Origin: Octopus vulgaris
Lineage: Eukaryota
Direction: 5' to 3'
DNA length: 64,000 nucleotides
Assembly: GCA_951406725.2 (NCBI GenBank)
Contig: OX597836.1
Location: forward strand, 11,780,001 to 11,844,000
Part shown: positions 1 through 14,519 of the stretch, one piece after another
Position numbering within the stretch: the stretch's first letter is position 1
How the letters are laid out: every line of letters starts with the position of its first letter
The notes under the pieces: model-generated
Databases searched by the model: none
What the model was told of the DNA's origin: nothing
Seen by the model: the letters and a program-made list of their open reading frames with translations, nothing else
Translations under genes and position numbers: made by a program

Positions 1-112
1 GTTTCAGTCATTTGACTGCGGCCATGGTGGAGCACCGCCGTGGGACTGAAACCGAAACGAAAACCACTTAGTTGTGAAGCGAACTTCTTAACCACACAGC
101 CACACCTGCGCC
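1..112 (-). mobile_element. SINE-A, internally deleted (head fused to tail)
   Basis: Tail (1-40) is joined directly to head (41-112). Confidence 0.7.
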
Positions 113-602
113 TATGTATGGTTCTATTTATGTAATGCACTCTATGGTCCGAAAATATTTTAGAAAGAATTATACCATGTTCTTACCATGTTTCTAATTA
201 AACATCTGTTACCGATAGATTAAACCGCTTTTAATAATCTATAAGATTCTAGAATGGTCTAAAATAATTATATACCTTCACAAAGAACACAAATGGAGAT
301 GAAAGACGCTTTCTTATTACAGGTTTCAGATACAATTATCGAGTTTTTATCGACCCTGTGAAGCTTTTTCAGTTTGTAAAAGCAGGACAAATGCCTTGGT
401 TTCTTACGGCAATTTAATAAGATACAAAGCAAAATAGTAAATTGTTACTTATGGCTATGTCTAAAGTGATACCTATCAAGTGACGAGCAAATTTTGAAGT
501 ATATTTTTCGCACATTGTATAATATTAAGAAATATGGTATTTATACAATAATTATAATGTAAATTAAGGTAGTTAATTGGAGGAGTCGTTAAATGCACGG
601 GA

Positions 603-775
603 CAAAAAGCTTAGCGGTATTTCGTCTGTCTTTACGTTCTGAGCTCAAATTCCGCCGAGGTCAACTTTGCCTTTCATCCTTTCGGGGTCGATTAAATAAG
701 TACCAGTTGCGTACTGGGGTCGATTTAATCGACTGGCCCCTCCCCGAAAAGTTTCAGCCCTTGTGCCTAGAGTAA
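603..775 (+). mobile_element. SINE-B monomer, 5' truncated
   Basis: Body and tail match. Confidence 0.85.
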
Positions 776-1312
776 AAAAAAAGAATTCGCTCGCATAGTT
801 CATATTTAATTTTACTTTTGTCGAACATTTATTCATTAGTTAAATGAATGTCATCCTCAGCGGGTTCTTACTCAATACAAAAAGCCAAAATGGATACCCC
901 TCAGCAATATTAGACGCACCCAGATTTTAGCAGCGCATATTTAGGAAACAAAGCTTCTGTTTCATTAAAGCAGGTAATTTAGGATTAACTTCGTATATAG
1001 GACCAGCGGTGATATTTTTTGAGACATTCCTTTTTATTAGAAAAAATTTGAATACTATAGGCCGTCAAATACTTTATCTTTTTATGTATATTTAATTTCA
1101 TTCTCCTTTTTTCACAAGCTTCAAAATTTCTGGAGAAAATGTTTTATTGGACAAAGAATGGTTTACTTTCCGAGAGAAAATTTTATTGTGTATGTTTTGG
1201 TTTACGAGTAGCGATCTAAATCGTGGTCTTTAAAACTCCCATGCTTGTTGATGTTAGCTTCTTTTTAAATGAGTTATATAAAATTAATCAGAGTATAATG
1301 TTGGTTTCAAAT

Positions 1313-1525
1313 TTTGGTACAAGGCCAGCAATATCGAGGTAGGGGCTTTGTCGATTGCATCGACCCAAGCATTCAACTGGTACTGATTTTATTGACTCCG
1401 AAAGGATGAAATGTAAGGATGAAATGCAAAGTCGACCGCGGCAGAATTTGAACTCAGAACATGAAGTCTGCCGAAATGACGCTAAGAATGTTGTCCGATG
1501 TGCTAATGGTTCTGCCAGTTCGCTC
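1313..1525 (-). mobile_element. Diverged SINE-B monomer
   Basis: Body match with a small internal duplication (aaggatgaaatg). Confidence 0.75.
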
Positions 1526-2191
1526 CTTTAAACTAAATAAAAACAGAATTAAAATAAAACACATTGAATTGCTTCTGCATGTAGACAATCATATCTTGGG
1601 CAGGAATTCGAACTATCGAACCTTCAACAAGAAAGGTTATGATGGAAACTGCAACACCCCGGCGTTTAGACAGTCATATTTCGATCTTTATTTTCACTGA
1701 AATCAAATCTCCCTTAACATTCAGCGTGAAAATGCTTCAGAGAAAAGCTTTAATTTCTTTCTATATTTATAATGAACGAAATGAAAAGTGACTTTTCTAC
1801 TAACTACTATTTATAATCCAGATTTGGAAGTGAAAATTTACAGCCTGAACGTCCTGTGAATAGAAATGGAAGCGAGTCAAAATGGCCACGGGCATTCAAT
1901 AGGTTTTTCACTGAAAGTCTCTTGAAGAAAGGAGGAAAGAACAGCATGCCAATTGAGCAAATAGTTCACAATCTTACTGCCATCAGTACGATGGTGCTGT
2001 TGTTGCTGTTGTTACCTCTGCTGCATCAGCCAAAAGACCAAAGAAATCAATAAATGCACTTTAAAAATTAAACATAATTTACTAGTGATAAAATTTATTT
2101 TTCGCAACAGCAGTTCCTGCACTACGAAAACCGAGCGAATATGTATTATTGTAGTTTATTAATGTTTTTATCATTATTATTATTATTATTA

Positions 2192-2249
<58 letters not shown>

Positions 2250-2351
2250 ATGTTTTTGTTTTAGCTTCAAAAGCTTTCAACATCGCAACGAGTGAAAATT
2301 CAGACATCCTTTATGAATGATTACAAAATGAAAAATAAAAGTTACATACAT

Positions 2352-2422
<71 letters not shown>

Positions 2423-2486
2423 TATATACATATATGTATATGTACACATACATGCATATATATATATATATATACATACACATACA

Positions 2487-2543
<57 letters not shown>

Positions 2544-2829
2544 ATACATAAATATGCATATATATTATACATGCATGTATATTTGTGCCTGCGTGTATGG
2601 AAGTATATTCATATATATATATATATATGGTTTATCATATCTATTCTCCATAGAAAAACGTTGGTGCTTTTTTTTTTTTCGTTTTTAATCGTTCTCTTTC
2701 TATCGAATCCAAAATATTCATAGTTTTAAAAGTTTCTAATTCTCTTTAAATATTTTATTAAGCACTTTAATGTAGATTTGAATCTTTTTTTAACAAATTC
2801 AGATGCGTTTCGCAGAACAAGCGTATGCC

Positions 2830-2858
<29 letters not shown>

Positions 2859-2867
<9 letters not shown>

Positions 2868-3520
2868 ATACATAGACCTATAAATTCACTTATGCTTATA
2901 CATACGCACACACACATACTCTTATATATATTCACACTCACGAACAAGCATATATATATATATATAAGTAGATATGTTGGTTGATCTATGTTTACAAGTG
3001 TACATGTGTGTATATATTCTGTGTATATGTATATATAATTGCACCTGTATATTTATTCTGTGCATGTATGTATGATTGTATATACATACGTATACGCGTA
3101 TATATATATATTCATTTTTATATGCCTTCATGTATACATATATATATATATATATACATATAAATGTGTGTGAGTGTGTGTGAGAGAGAGAGAGAGAGAG
3201 TGTGTGTGCATACATAGGCCTATAAATTCACATATGCTTATACATACACACACACATACAAATATATATATTCACACTCACGAACAAGCATATATATATA
3301 TATATAAAAGTAGATATGTTGGTTGATCTATGTTTACAAGTGTACATGTGTGTATATATTCTGTGTATATGTATATATAATTGCACCTGTATATTTATTC
3401 TGTGCATGTATGTATGATTATATATATATATATACGTATACGCGTATATATATATTCATTTGTATATGCATTCATGTATATACATATACATATACATATA
3501 AATGTGTGTGTATGTGTGTG
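2859..3520 (+). repeat. Tandem duplication with a period of about 342 bp
   Basis: ORFs at 2981 and 3323 begin with an identical 32-aa translation; flanking unique DNA is shared. Confidence 0.9.
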
Positions 3521-3529
3521 TGTTGTGTG

Positions 3530-3606
<77 letters not shown>

Positions 3607-3725
3607 TGTGTGTATGTGTGTGTGTGCGTGTTTATATTTTCCCATTTCGCACCAACAGTGAAACACCCGGTTTCTAGCCTGGAAACAAAACCCATTGAAA
3701 TTTAGACATCAAACCTGATAGTCTT

Positions 3726-3763
3726 GTATGTATGTATGTGTGTATATATGTATGTATGTATGG

Positions 3764-3799
<36 letters not shown>

Positions 3800-4041
3800 C
3801 GTATGTATGTATGTATGTATGTATTTATGTATGTATGTATTTATTTATGTATATACGTACGTATGTATGTATGTATGTATGTATGTATGTATGTATGTAC
3901 GTATGTATGTATGTATGTATGTATGTATGTATGTATGTATGTATGTATGTATGTATGTATGTATGTATGTATGTATGTATGTATGTATGTATATATGTAC
4001 GTACGTATGCATGTATGTATGTATGTATGTATCTATGTATG

Positions 4042-4075
<34 letters not shown>

Positions 4076-4129
4076 TGTATGTATGTATGTATGTACGTAC
4101 GTATGTATGTATGTATGTATGTATGTATG

Positions 4130-4165
<36 letters not shown>

Positions 4166-4203
4166 TGTATGTATGTATTTATGTATGTATGTATCTATGT
4201 ATG

Positions 4204-4237
<34 letters not shown>

Positions 4238-4325
4238 TGTATGTATGTATGTATGTATGTATGTATGTATGTATGTACGTATGTATGTATGTATGTATGT
4301 ATATATATGTATGTATGTATGTATG
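3726..4325. repeat. (ATGT)n microsatellite
   Basis: Direct. Similar arrays at about 16330-16700 and 56900-57620. Confidence 0.98.
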
Positions 4326-4919
4326 TCATTCGTTCAATTTTATTTCAAGATTTCTTGTCAACAGAGAAAGAGCCGGTTTCTAACTTGGGTTCAAGGCTCC
4401 ATCATTAGAATTTCAACATCAACAGGATGTTTTTGTGTACACATGTAGAATTTGGAGTCAGTACATGGGCAGATTTGTACAGTTTGTTTCACGTATGTAT
4501 TCTCGTACACATGTAGGTATTTATGTGTATACGTACGTATGTATGATTCTATATGTGCGCAAGTAATATATGAATGCATAGGTGGGTCTATACCCATTCA
4601 TAGAAGAGTTGCTATCATAAATGGAATTGCATGTGTGGATTTGTGGGTTTTAGAACACTCTTTTCATACTTTTCAATTGTTTCAGCCATTTAACTGCGAT
4701 TTTTTTTATATATGTATGCATATCTACAGTTTGAAATTACATCACGATTTCTGTTTTTTAAGGATCAACTTCCAGATTTCTGCTTTATATATTGCAATTT
4801 TTAATTCTAACTTACGTCGATTTTAAACTTTCAATTTAATATACTCCAGCTCTACATCATTTTCCACTAACTTTTTCACCTCATATATATATATATATAT
4901 ATATATATACATTTTATTT

Positions 4920-5060
4920 ATTATTTTGCACATTACTTAATCATCGTTATAGGTTTATATTATATTTAATCTTTCTATAATATGTAATTTTCTAGATGGT
5001 ATAATTTAATTTTTCATTATTGAATTGATAAAAGGTGGTTTATTATATTTTATGAAATTT
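4920..5060 (+). repeat. Interspersed AT-rich repeat, second copy at about 29295-29420
   Basis: ttttgcacattacttaatca.cgttata...gaattgataaaaggtg is shared; both copies are next to (TA)n. Confidence 0.7.
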
Positions 5061-5123
5061 GATTTAGTATTTCTAGTATTTCTAAATTGAATTTTTCCCT
5101 GTAAGTTTGGAATAATATTATTA

Positions 5124-5165
<42 letters not shown>

Positions 5166-6129
5166 GAGAGTGAGAGGTAAGAACTAACACGCTATCTTAA
5201 AGATAGTGTTTCAGCTCAAACACACGCACACACACATCACACATACTCTCTCTCTCTCTCTCTTTCTCTCGCTCTCTCACTCGCTCTCTCACTCGCTCGC
5301 TCGCTCACATACACACACACACACATATAGTCAAAATTCCAGATATGCGTGTATAAATGTTGTATGCATATTCTTCTTTGGCGCATAGGAAAACTGGAAA
5401 AACTAGTTTCAACTAAAGATCTCTTCAAATATTTCTTCTCCATCGATTTCAACATAAGCACTTTTCACGCTTGTTAGGGTGATCGCAGCTAGGCAGTAAG
5501 CCAACGATTTGACTGCTGGAATCATGTAATCAACGAAGCCATTCTTTATGATTAAGTGCCGTCGTAGCTGGCTCAGAAACTTTCTGGAAAGTTCCAGTCG
5601 AGGTCAACAGATTGAAGAGTGAACATTTTGATTATCATAAACGGTGTTATGACGATTTCATAACCGATTACATAAATATCTTTGTCTTCACTCCAACATC
5701 CACCCCATGTACGTACTGTCTCCTCAAGCCAATTCTTCTACTGCTACTACGGTAGCTTCTGCTTCTCGAAGACAGCTGATGCTATGCTTTATAGACACAT
5801 TTCTATTCAACTCATTTATCTCTCCTCCTCTAGTTACGCATTGCTTGTCCTCCTCCCGTGAGGTCTCGAACATTACGCTTACCCAACAATGCTTTTCTCG
5901 TAGACAACTGTATCGTCAAACCATATATGTGACTCGAAATATCTCGGTATTGAAAATTTTAATGTCATCAGCTAGATATTGGTTTTCAAAAAGAGTTAAA
6001 TCCAAAACGTAGAATGTTGTAATATCCCTAACGATACAGTATATGCCATCATACACATAGTATACGTTATGTGTAGTGGCTAACGATATATATATATATA
6101 TATACAAAATAAGAAAATGGAGGAATAGA

Positions 6130-6952
<823 letters not shown>

Positions 6953-7347
6953 TGTATATAAGCATGTAAGTATGAATGTATGTACAAACCGCGTATATAA
7001 CAACAAAAGGAACAAACTTGAATATCGTTACGAATAGCAGACTCATTCTAATAAAAGACACAAGCATGGAGAGCTTTCAGAACTCTAAATTTCCTGTCGA
7101 GAAAGTCGTTTCTTTGAACGTAAGTATTCGACGCCTGCGTCATCTTACATACGCATGTGTAGGTATGTATGCATGCGTATGTATGTATGTATGCATGTGT
7201 ATGTATGTATGCATATATTTATATATATATATGCATGTATGTATGCGTATACTATATATATATATATATATATATGCAGATGTGTGCATGGGTATGTATA
7301 CATGATGTACATATGTACTTCCACATGCGTATGTTTACATACATACA

Positions 7348-7386
<39 letters not shown>

Positions 7387-8092
7387 GCATATATATATGT
7401 ATGTGTCAATATGTCTGTGTGTGTCTCTTTCTCTCTCGATCTCTCTCCTTCTTCCTTTCTCCATATAATACATACATCAAACTGTCATCGCACGCGTGTA
7501 CGCTGTATAATTAAAATACTTGATAATTAATCTCACAACCCGCCATGTTTTCAGAGCTTCAACATAACTTATTCTACATATGTTTCGCGACAGGTCTCAA
7601 CGGAATATTTAAATACGCCTCAACTAATCATTCTCCCGAGAATACACATCAAATACTCTGGACATGTCCTCTGTCAGACTGTCATATTCGAAGAATTTTT
7701 GTCTTTTAATATTACTAAATCCAAAACTAAGAGCCATCATCTTCAATTTGCCTATTTCCGCCGAGATATGGGTCTAAATAAAGTGTGTATAAAAACATAT
7801 GTTATGTAACGCCATAATATATATACATACATATATGCACTGGTCTGCGCTTATATATATATATATGTATATATATAGCAAAACATATGTTCAGGGAATC
7901 TTACGTAAATATGTGTGTGCGCGTGCGCATGCGTGTTAGTGACAGCCAGTGTGTGTATGCGTAGAATACTGCATGTATAAAACTATGTTACATAAACAGA
8001 AACCCATCAATGTTAAGTATTAACATTTGTTTATACAAGATTATACACACAAGCATACAGACATATGTATATACGTATATATATATGTGTGC

Positions 8093-8141
<49 letters not shown>

Positions 8142-8302
8142 AGTGTTTGTGTATGCATGTATGTATGTATGTATGTATGTATATAGTATACACAGGGTGA
8201 GAGAGAGAAAGAGAGGGGAAGAGCGGGGAGAAAGAAGATAGAGACGCGCGCATTCTTCTTCATATATATATATATATATGTATGTATATATATATATGTA
8301 TG

Positions 8303-8457
<155 letters not shown>

Positions 8458-9589
8458 ATATATATATATATAATATATATAATATATATATACATATATA
8501 TAGTATATACATATATAGTATATATATATACATATATATATATATATACATACACAGATATACATACATATATACAGACATACATATATACATACATACA
8601 TAAACACACACACAAACAAATACATACATACATGCATACATACATACATATATACATATATACATACATACACACACACATACACACACACATACATACA
8701 TACATACATACACACATACATACATACGCAGATAACCATACACACGCACGTATTTGTCCTAAATCTTAAAAGCACGACATGAAATAACAAAAAAAAGTTA
8801 TATAAATAAGAATATAAATAAATAAATAGATAAATAGATAAATAAATAAAAAATAAAAAATATGGAGAAAGAAAAAGAAAAGAAGATAAAAAAAAACAAA
8901 TCTCATTAATTTGTGTTCGCTTCATCCAATTCTCGTTTTGCTTACTTGTCATAAATCGTTCTCAATTCCTTGATTTCTTCAATTTGAAGCAAGCTCTGGC
9001 CATCTGTCACTTACATCAAAATAATAATAATAATAACAATAATAATGATGATGGCGACGATGTTGACGACAACGACGACGACGACCATGATGGAACGTAG
9101 AGTCGTGCCTTATTTCAGAAAAACATTACAGCCGTTATTAACTGGTGCATAATTCAGGAGAAACGTGTAGCATTTAATAAATAACTCTTGGATACTAATA
9201 CAGAGTCCCCTCTGATGAATGAATCCAAGCGTTTGCTTCTATAAATTTTTTGGGGGACGTTTCTCGTTTATATTTTTTGGTTGCTTGTTTTTATGCTTTA
9301 ATAAAAAAACGTGCAATAAATTGATAGAGAAATGCGGTCAAAGTAAGTGACTATTTCGGGCAGCTTAGTTCTGTATTAGATCAGTTGAGACAACGAAAGA
9401 AACAGTGAGTAGATGGATGGATTTGTTGTGTTGCAATGTACGACCTGTTGAATAGCAACCGAATTCGGAGGAATTTCAGAGGCGCAGGCGTGGCAGCGTG
9501 TTAAGAAGCTTGCGGGTAAGCAACAATCGGCGGGCGTTGCATGTTGCCCCCATTTATCATCATTTTTCATTTGTCATTTCATCACATTA

Positions 9590-9590
9590 T

Positions 9591-9632
<42 letters not shown>

Positions 9633-9650
9633 TTAATAATAATAATAACG

Positions 9651-9740
<90 letters not shown>

Positions 9741-9764
9741 GTAATGATAATAATAATAATAATG

Positions 9765-9833
<69 letters not shown>

Positions 9834-9851
9834 GTAATGATAATAATAATG

Positions 9852-9926
<75 letters not shown>

Positions 9927-9985
9927 TAATAATAATAATAATAATAATGAAACTGATAATAATAATAATAATAATAATAATGATG

Positions 9986-10025
<40 letters not shown>

Positions 10026-10040
10026 TAATAATAATAATAA
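9590..10040. repeat. (AAT)n microsatellite
   Basis: Direct. Others at about 13770-14520, 43350-43680 and 62880-63085. Confidence 0.98.
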
Positions 10041-10228
10041 TGGGTATATTGGGCTTCGTATATTATACCCCAGTGTCACTTTGATGGCATGCACTGCTCT
10101 CTCACTCAATAATAATAATAATAATAACAGGACAAAACAACCGGTGTCTTTCGACTGGGGACGAATTGAATTCAGCTGGCGTGTGTGGAAATGAAACCTT
10201 ACGGCAGAGATGCAAAGCTTTCACGAAC

Positions 10229-10488
10229 ACAGGGAAGAATATCGATGTGGCAGTGACCACAGTCAGACGCAAAAACAGGTCTTCACTTCACTATGTCCCT
10301 GTCATTTTTTCTCGCCCCTCCTTAATTCTTCTGTCCATCTGCTTCCACAACTCTCTCTTCTCTTCCTGCCCCTTAATTCTTTTGTTCCTCTTTTTCTCTC
10401 TTCTCTGCCCACGTGACCGATAGGCCAGACTGCTAGCCCTCTTTTTGCGCCTGACTGTGGCCAGTGCCACATCGATATTCTTCCCTGT
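10229..10488. repeat. 47-bp inverted repeat around a pyrimidine-rich spacer of about 165 bp
   Basis: Arms 10229-10275 and 10442-10488, about 3 mismatches. Confidence 0.85.
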
Positions 10489-10510
10489 CTTGGCACCTGT
10501 GACGTCGCAA

Positions 10511-10653
10511 CTCATTTCTACAGCTGAGTGAACTGGAGCAACGTGAAATAAAGTGCCTTGCTCAAGAACACAACACGCAGCCCGGTTCGGGATTCGAGCT
10601 CACAACCTCACGATCGTAAGCTCGACGCACTAACCACTGATCCATGCGCCTTC
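10511..10653 (-). mobile_element. SINE-D (tRNA head plus CORE-like domain)
   Basis: tRNA-like head followed by GTGTTCTTGAGCAAGGCACTT...CAGTTCACTCAGCTGTAGAAATGAG, resembling the recalled MIR/CORE domain. Confidence 0.8.
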
Positions 10654-11161
10654 ATATATGTTATATAGGATATATATGTATCTGTCTGACTGGCAGGATG
10701 AAGCGGCTGAGCTCCCTTGTTCGAAGGTTTGTAATGGATGCAGGCTCGTGTGTCAAATAGCTAGCTTGAGGCGGTGGCCTCTTGGAGCTAATCAGCGACA
10801 GCTTTAGTCTTATATTTATAAGATTGCCATATTAGTATGGCGATAACTATTAATTTCCAGTAACGCTGCCGTAATCTCCTTTAGAGAGAGTTAGTAATTT
10901 TAATATTTCTATTATATATATATATTATATATACATGTATTACATGTATATATAAATATCTAACTGTGTGTGGGTGTATGCGTGTCTGTATGTGTGTGTG
11001 AATGCCTTGGACCTAAATTAGGTTTCATCTGTACAGCGTTCAATTGGTAAACATGTTTATGTGTTTCCAAGGTCATTCATTGTCTGACGTTAGTCCCTCT
11101 ACAAAATAACCCCCATGAAAGGGTCTCCGGTTTCGTCAGCAGTGTAGATGTAGTCAAACTG

Positions 11162-11200
<39 letters not shown>

Positions 11201-11217
11201 TATATATATATATATAA

Positions 11218-11269
<52 letters not shown>

Positions 11270-11554
11270 AATATTACATATATTACATATATATATATAC
11301 ATACTCGCATACAAAGAAGGTCAAAATGTATATACTTATGTGTGCGTGCGTGGATGTGTACGTATATAAGGGTATGTAATATATTTATGTGTGTGTATTC
11401 ATATTTGTATGTACACGGATGTGTGTGTGTGTGCGCACGCGTATAAGTGAGTTTGTATATTTATATATATGTATGAATATGTGTGTATATATATCAGACT
11501 ACGTATATTTGCACGTCTGAGTATATAGAGGTGTATATGTGTATGTATGTATGC

Positions 11555-11587
<33 letters not shown>

Positions 11588-11646
11588 TATATATATATCT
11601 GTTTGTGTGTTCATATATATATACATGTATATTTATAATCATACAG

Positions 11647-11679
<33 letters not shown>

Positions 11680-11897
11680 GCTATGTGTATATATATATAT
11701 ATATGTATGTATATATATGCGTGTGTATGTATATTCATATACACACACATGTGTGTGTGTGTGTGCGTGTGTATGTATGTACGTATTCTTGGGTATATCT
11801 ACGCGCACATGGTTTCCATGCCCAGGGGAATGGTATGTGTATTTTTACAGGATGTGTATATGAACGTACGTCTCTATATACGTCTGTAGCTGTACGA

Positions 11898-11944
<47 letters not shown>

Positions 11945-11945
<1 letters not shown>

Positions 11946-12594
11946 TTTATAAAAAATAGGGTAAAGTAAAATAATTTACTTTACCACATTCCGAGCTTTT
12001 TAGAAATAGCAGCCAAAAATTTGGCTATTTCTTCTACTGCAAGAAAAAGTCTCCCAGACAATGCATACTCAGAAATAACTCACATAGGTATAAGGGAAAA
12101 ACAACGAAAGATCACATCCATATGAGATCACCCGAGGACAAGCCTGTTTCTGGATTAGTTGACTAAACGCCAACATTTCCTTCATCAGCTCAGAGATTTC
12201 TTCTCATTTCGATTTGAAAGTACTAAAAATCAAACATACCCGTCCGATATGGGTAACACCGGACAAACTATGCCAGACCACCTGTACCAGCGAATCCAAA
12301 AATACAAATGAGATCTAGTATTCTCCCTGTCCACCCACGTGAGTTACAGAGTAGTGCATTCCTACAGAGGCAAAACTGTAGTTAAAATTTTGGGGGAGAA
12401 AGTATTATATTGTCAATAAAAAAGGGTAAAATTAATTAATTATTAATTAATTCGACCGAGCAGTGTTCAGAGTATGTAAAACGACCATTTACGGTACATT
12501 TGAAATATACCGTAAATGGTCGTTTTACATACCGAACACTGCTCGGTCGAATTAATTAATAATTAATTAATTTTACGCTTTTATTGACAATATA
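11945..12594 (-). mobile_element. PLE pseudo-LTR-like repeat carrying a hammerhead motif and a terminal palindrome
   Basis: Flanked by (TA)n. Hammerhead at 12127-12197. Palindrome arms 12406-12496 and 12508-12594. PLE origin is inferred from this architecture. Confidence 0.6.
12127..12197 (-). ncRNA. Type I hammerhead ribozyme candidate
   Basis: Minus strand: AUCUCUGAG-CUGAUGA-A GGA AAU GUUGGC GUUUA GUCAAC UAA UCC A-GAA-ACAGGCUUGU-C|CUCGGGUGAU. All invariant core bases are present, stems I-III form, and the cleavage triplet is GUC. Confidence 0.75.
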
Positions 12595-12924
12595 TATATA
12601 TATATATATATATGAACAGATTTATGAGAGGGTATAGGACTGTGCGTGAAGATAACCATGTGTGTGCATATATACATGTGTTTATGTGTATATATGTGCG
12701 TATATGTCAGTGCGTGTCCAGCTATGGTCGTGAGCACGTCTTGTTTTCGCTTGCTTGAGATCCATGAAAACTCTCAGCTGACATCGGCTCAATTAAATAC
12801 CGCAGATTCCTATAGGTGTGGGTGATGGGTCCTGTGTATGTATTGAAATGTGGAGGCGGGTGGCTTAGTGCTTAGTGTGTTGGACTCATGATCGTAAGAT
12901 TGCGGTTTCGATTCCTGTTATGCA

Positions 12925-13111
12925 TTAATAGGAAACTGAAAGAGTACCTGGTTTTATGGGTTTGTAAACCACCTACCAACGGCTCAAAAAGGTTTTCTTT
13001 TTCCTGCATTTTTCTGACCATACTCGCGTCCAGAGTACCGCTGATTTCCACAACAGAGCATATCTTTTTCCTGTGCTTCCGTACAAAATCCGGCGAGTTG
13101 TGTTTTAACAT
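12925..13111 (-). pseudogene. Restriction-like endonuclease (RLE) domain relic of an R4/NeSL-type non-LTR retrotransposon
   Basis: SPDFVRKHRKKICSVVEISGTLDASMVRKMQEKENLFEPLVGGLQ fits the PD...(D/E)+S.P.D.N+..K..EK...Y.PL RLE pattern. Confidence 0.6.
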
Positions 13112-13124
13112 GGCGTATATATAT

Positions 13125-13340
13125 ATATACGACGGGCTTCTCTCAGTTTCCGTGTATGTAATTATTCTTTTATTCTTTTACTTGTTTCAGTCATCTGACT
13201 GCAGCCAAGCTGAAACACCACCGTTAGTCGAACAAATCGACCCCAGGGCTCATTCTATCGGTCTCTTTTTGCCATACCGCAATGTGCTTGTATGCATTCC
13301 AGCATGGCCGCAGTCACATGATTGAAACAAGTAAAATGAT
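13125..13340. mobile_element. Rearranged SINE-A fragments in both orientations
   Basis: Minus-strand tail and core pieces followed by a plus-strand tail. Confidence 0.65.
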
Positions 13341-13612
13341 ACATCACAAAGGAATAGATGATTATCTTATGAACTTCATCAGCTTAAAGTTGTTTTCTAT
13401 GAGATTCAATCGAGTCATAGCTGAATGTCTGAGTTAACAACTTATAGCTTCATCAGAGCTTTAAATATAAAATGAAATTTATTTGGTAAAAATTCCTTAC
13501 GTATGTTGAGTTATACTCCGTGTTATATGTATCTCAATGCCTAAGCAAAATATTAACACACACACACACATACACACACACGCACATATACACACACGCT
13601 TATATATGTAAG

Positions 13613-13649
<37 letters not shown>

Positions 13650-13722
13650 TATTCAATTTTATATCATAATATAATATTTCAGACAGATTTAATCAAACAA
13701 AACAAAGCAAAACAAATAGATG

Positions 13723-13770
<48 letters not shown>

Positions 13771-13771
13771 A

Positions 13772-13876
<105 letters not shown>

Positions 13877-14141
13877 GTTGTTGTTGTTATTTCTATTAAT
13901 ATTATTATAAAACTGAAATAATAAATGAAATATATATATATATACATATATAGAAATGTATATGCTAATAAACTCAACTCCTGAGTCTGCTGAAGTAAGG
14001 GAGCCGATCGATACGCAAATGTTCTTAAAATAAAATCGACCAAAACGCTTTAAGAAAAGCAACAAAAACAACAACACAAACTAAAGATTTAAATAACAAC
14101 AACAACAACAATAGTAGTAGTAGTAGCAGTAGTAGCAGTAA

Positions 14142-14183
<42 letters not shown>

Positions 14184-14196
14184 TAATAATAATAAC

Positions 14197-14249
<53 letters not shown>

Positions 14250-14251
14250 TA

Positions 14252-14282
<31 letters not shown>

Positions 14283-14338
14283 TAAAATAATAATAATAAT
14301 GATAATAATTATATAATAATTATAATAATAATAATATA

Positions 14339-14392
<54 letters not shown>

Positions 14393-14488
14393 TAATAATA
14401 ATAATAATAATAATAATGATAATAATAATAATAATAAGAACAATAACAAGAAGAAGAAGAATTGAAGAAGAAGAAGAAGAAGAAGAAG

Positions 14489-14519
<31 letters not shown>

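Noticed and set aside
323-417. Plus-strand terminal exon GFRYNYRVFIDPVKLFQFVKAGQMPWFLTAI*
   Set aside because: No recognisable homology. The opposite strand reads KPRHLSCFYKLKKLHR, resembling the PLE RT FY.LPK+HK motif, so a relic is at least as likely. Neither reading is supportable.
5390-6012. Protein-like open frames on both strands (for example ...SAYVEIDGEEIFEEIFS*)
   Set aside because: No recognisable domain and only weak splice signals.
12948-13111. Host first exon on the minus strand (gccATG ... CAG|GTACTC)
   Set aside because: The peptide is better explained as an RLE endonuclease relic.
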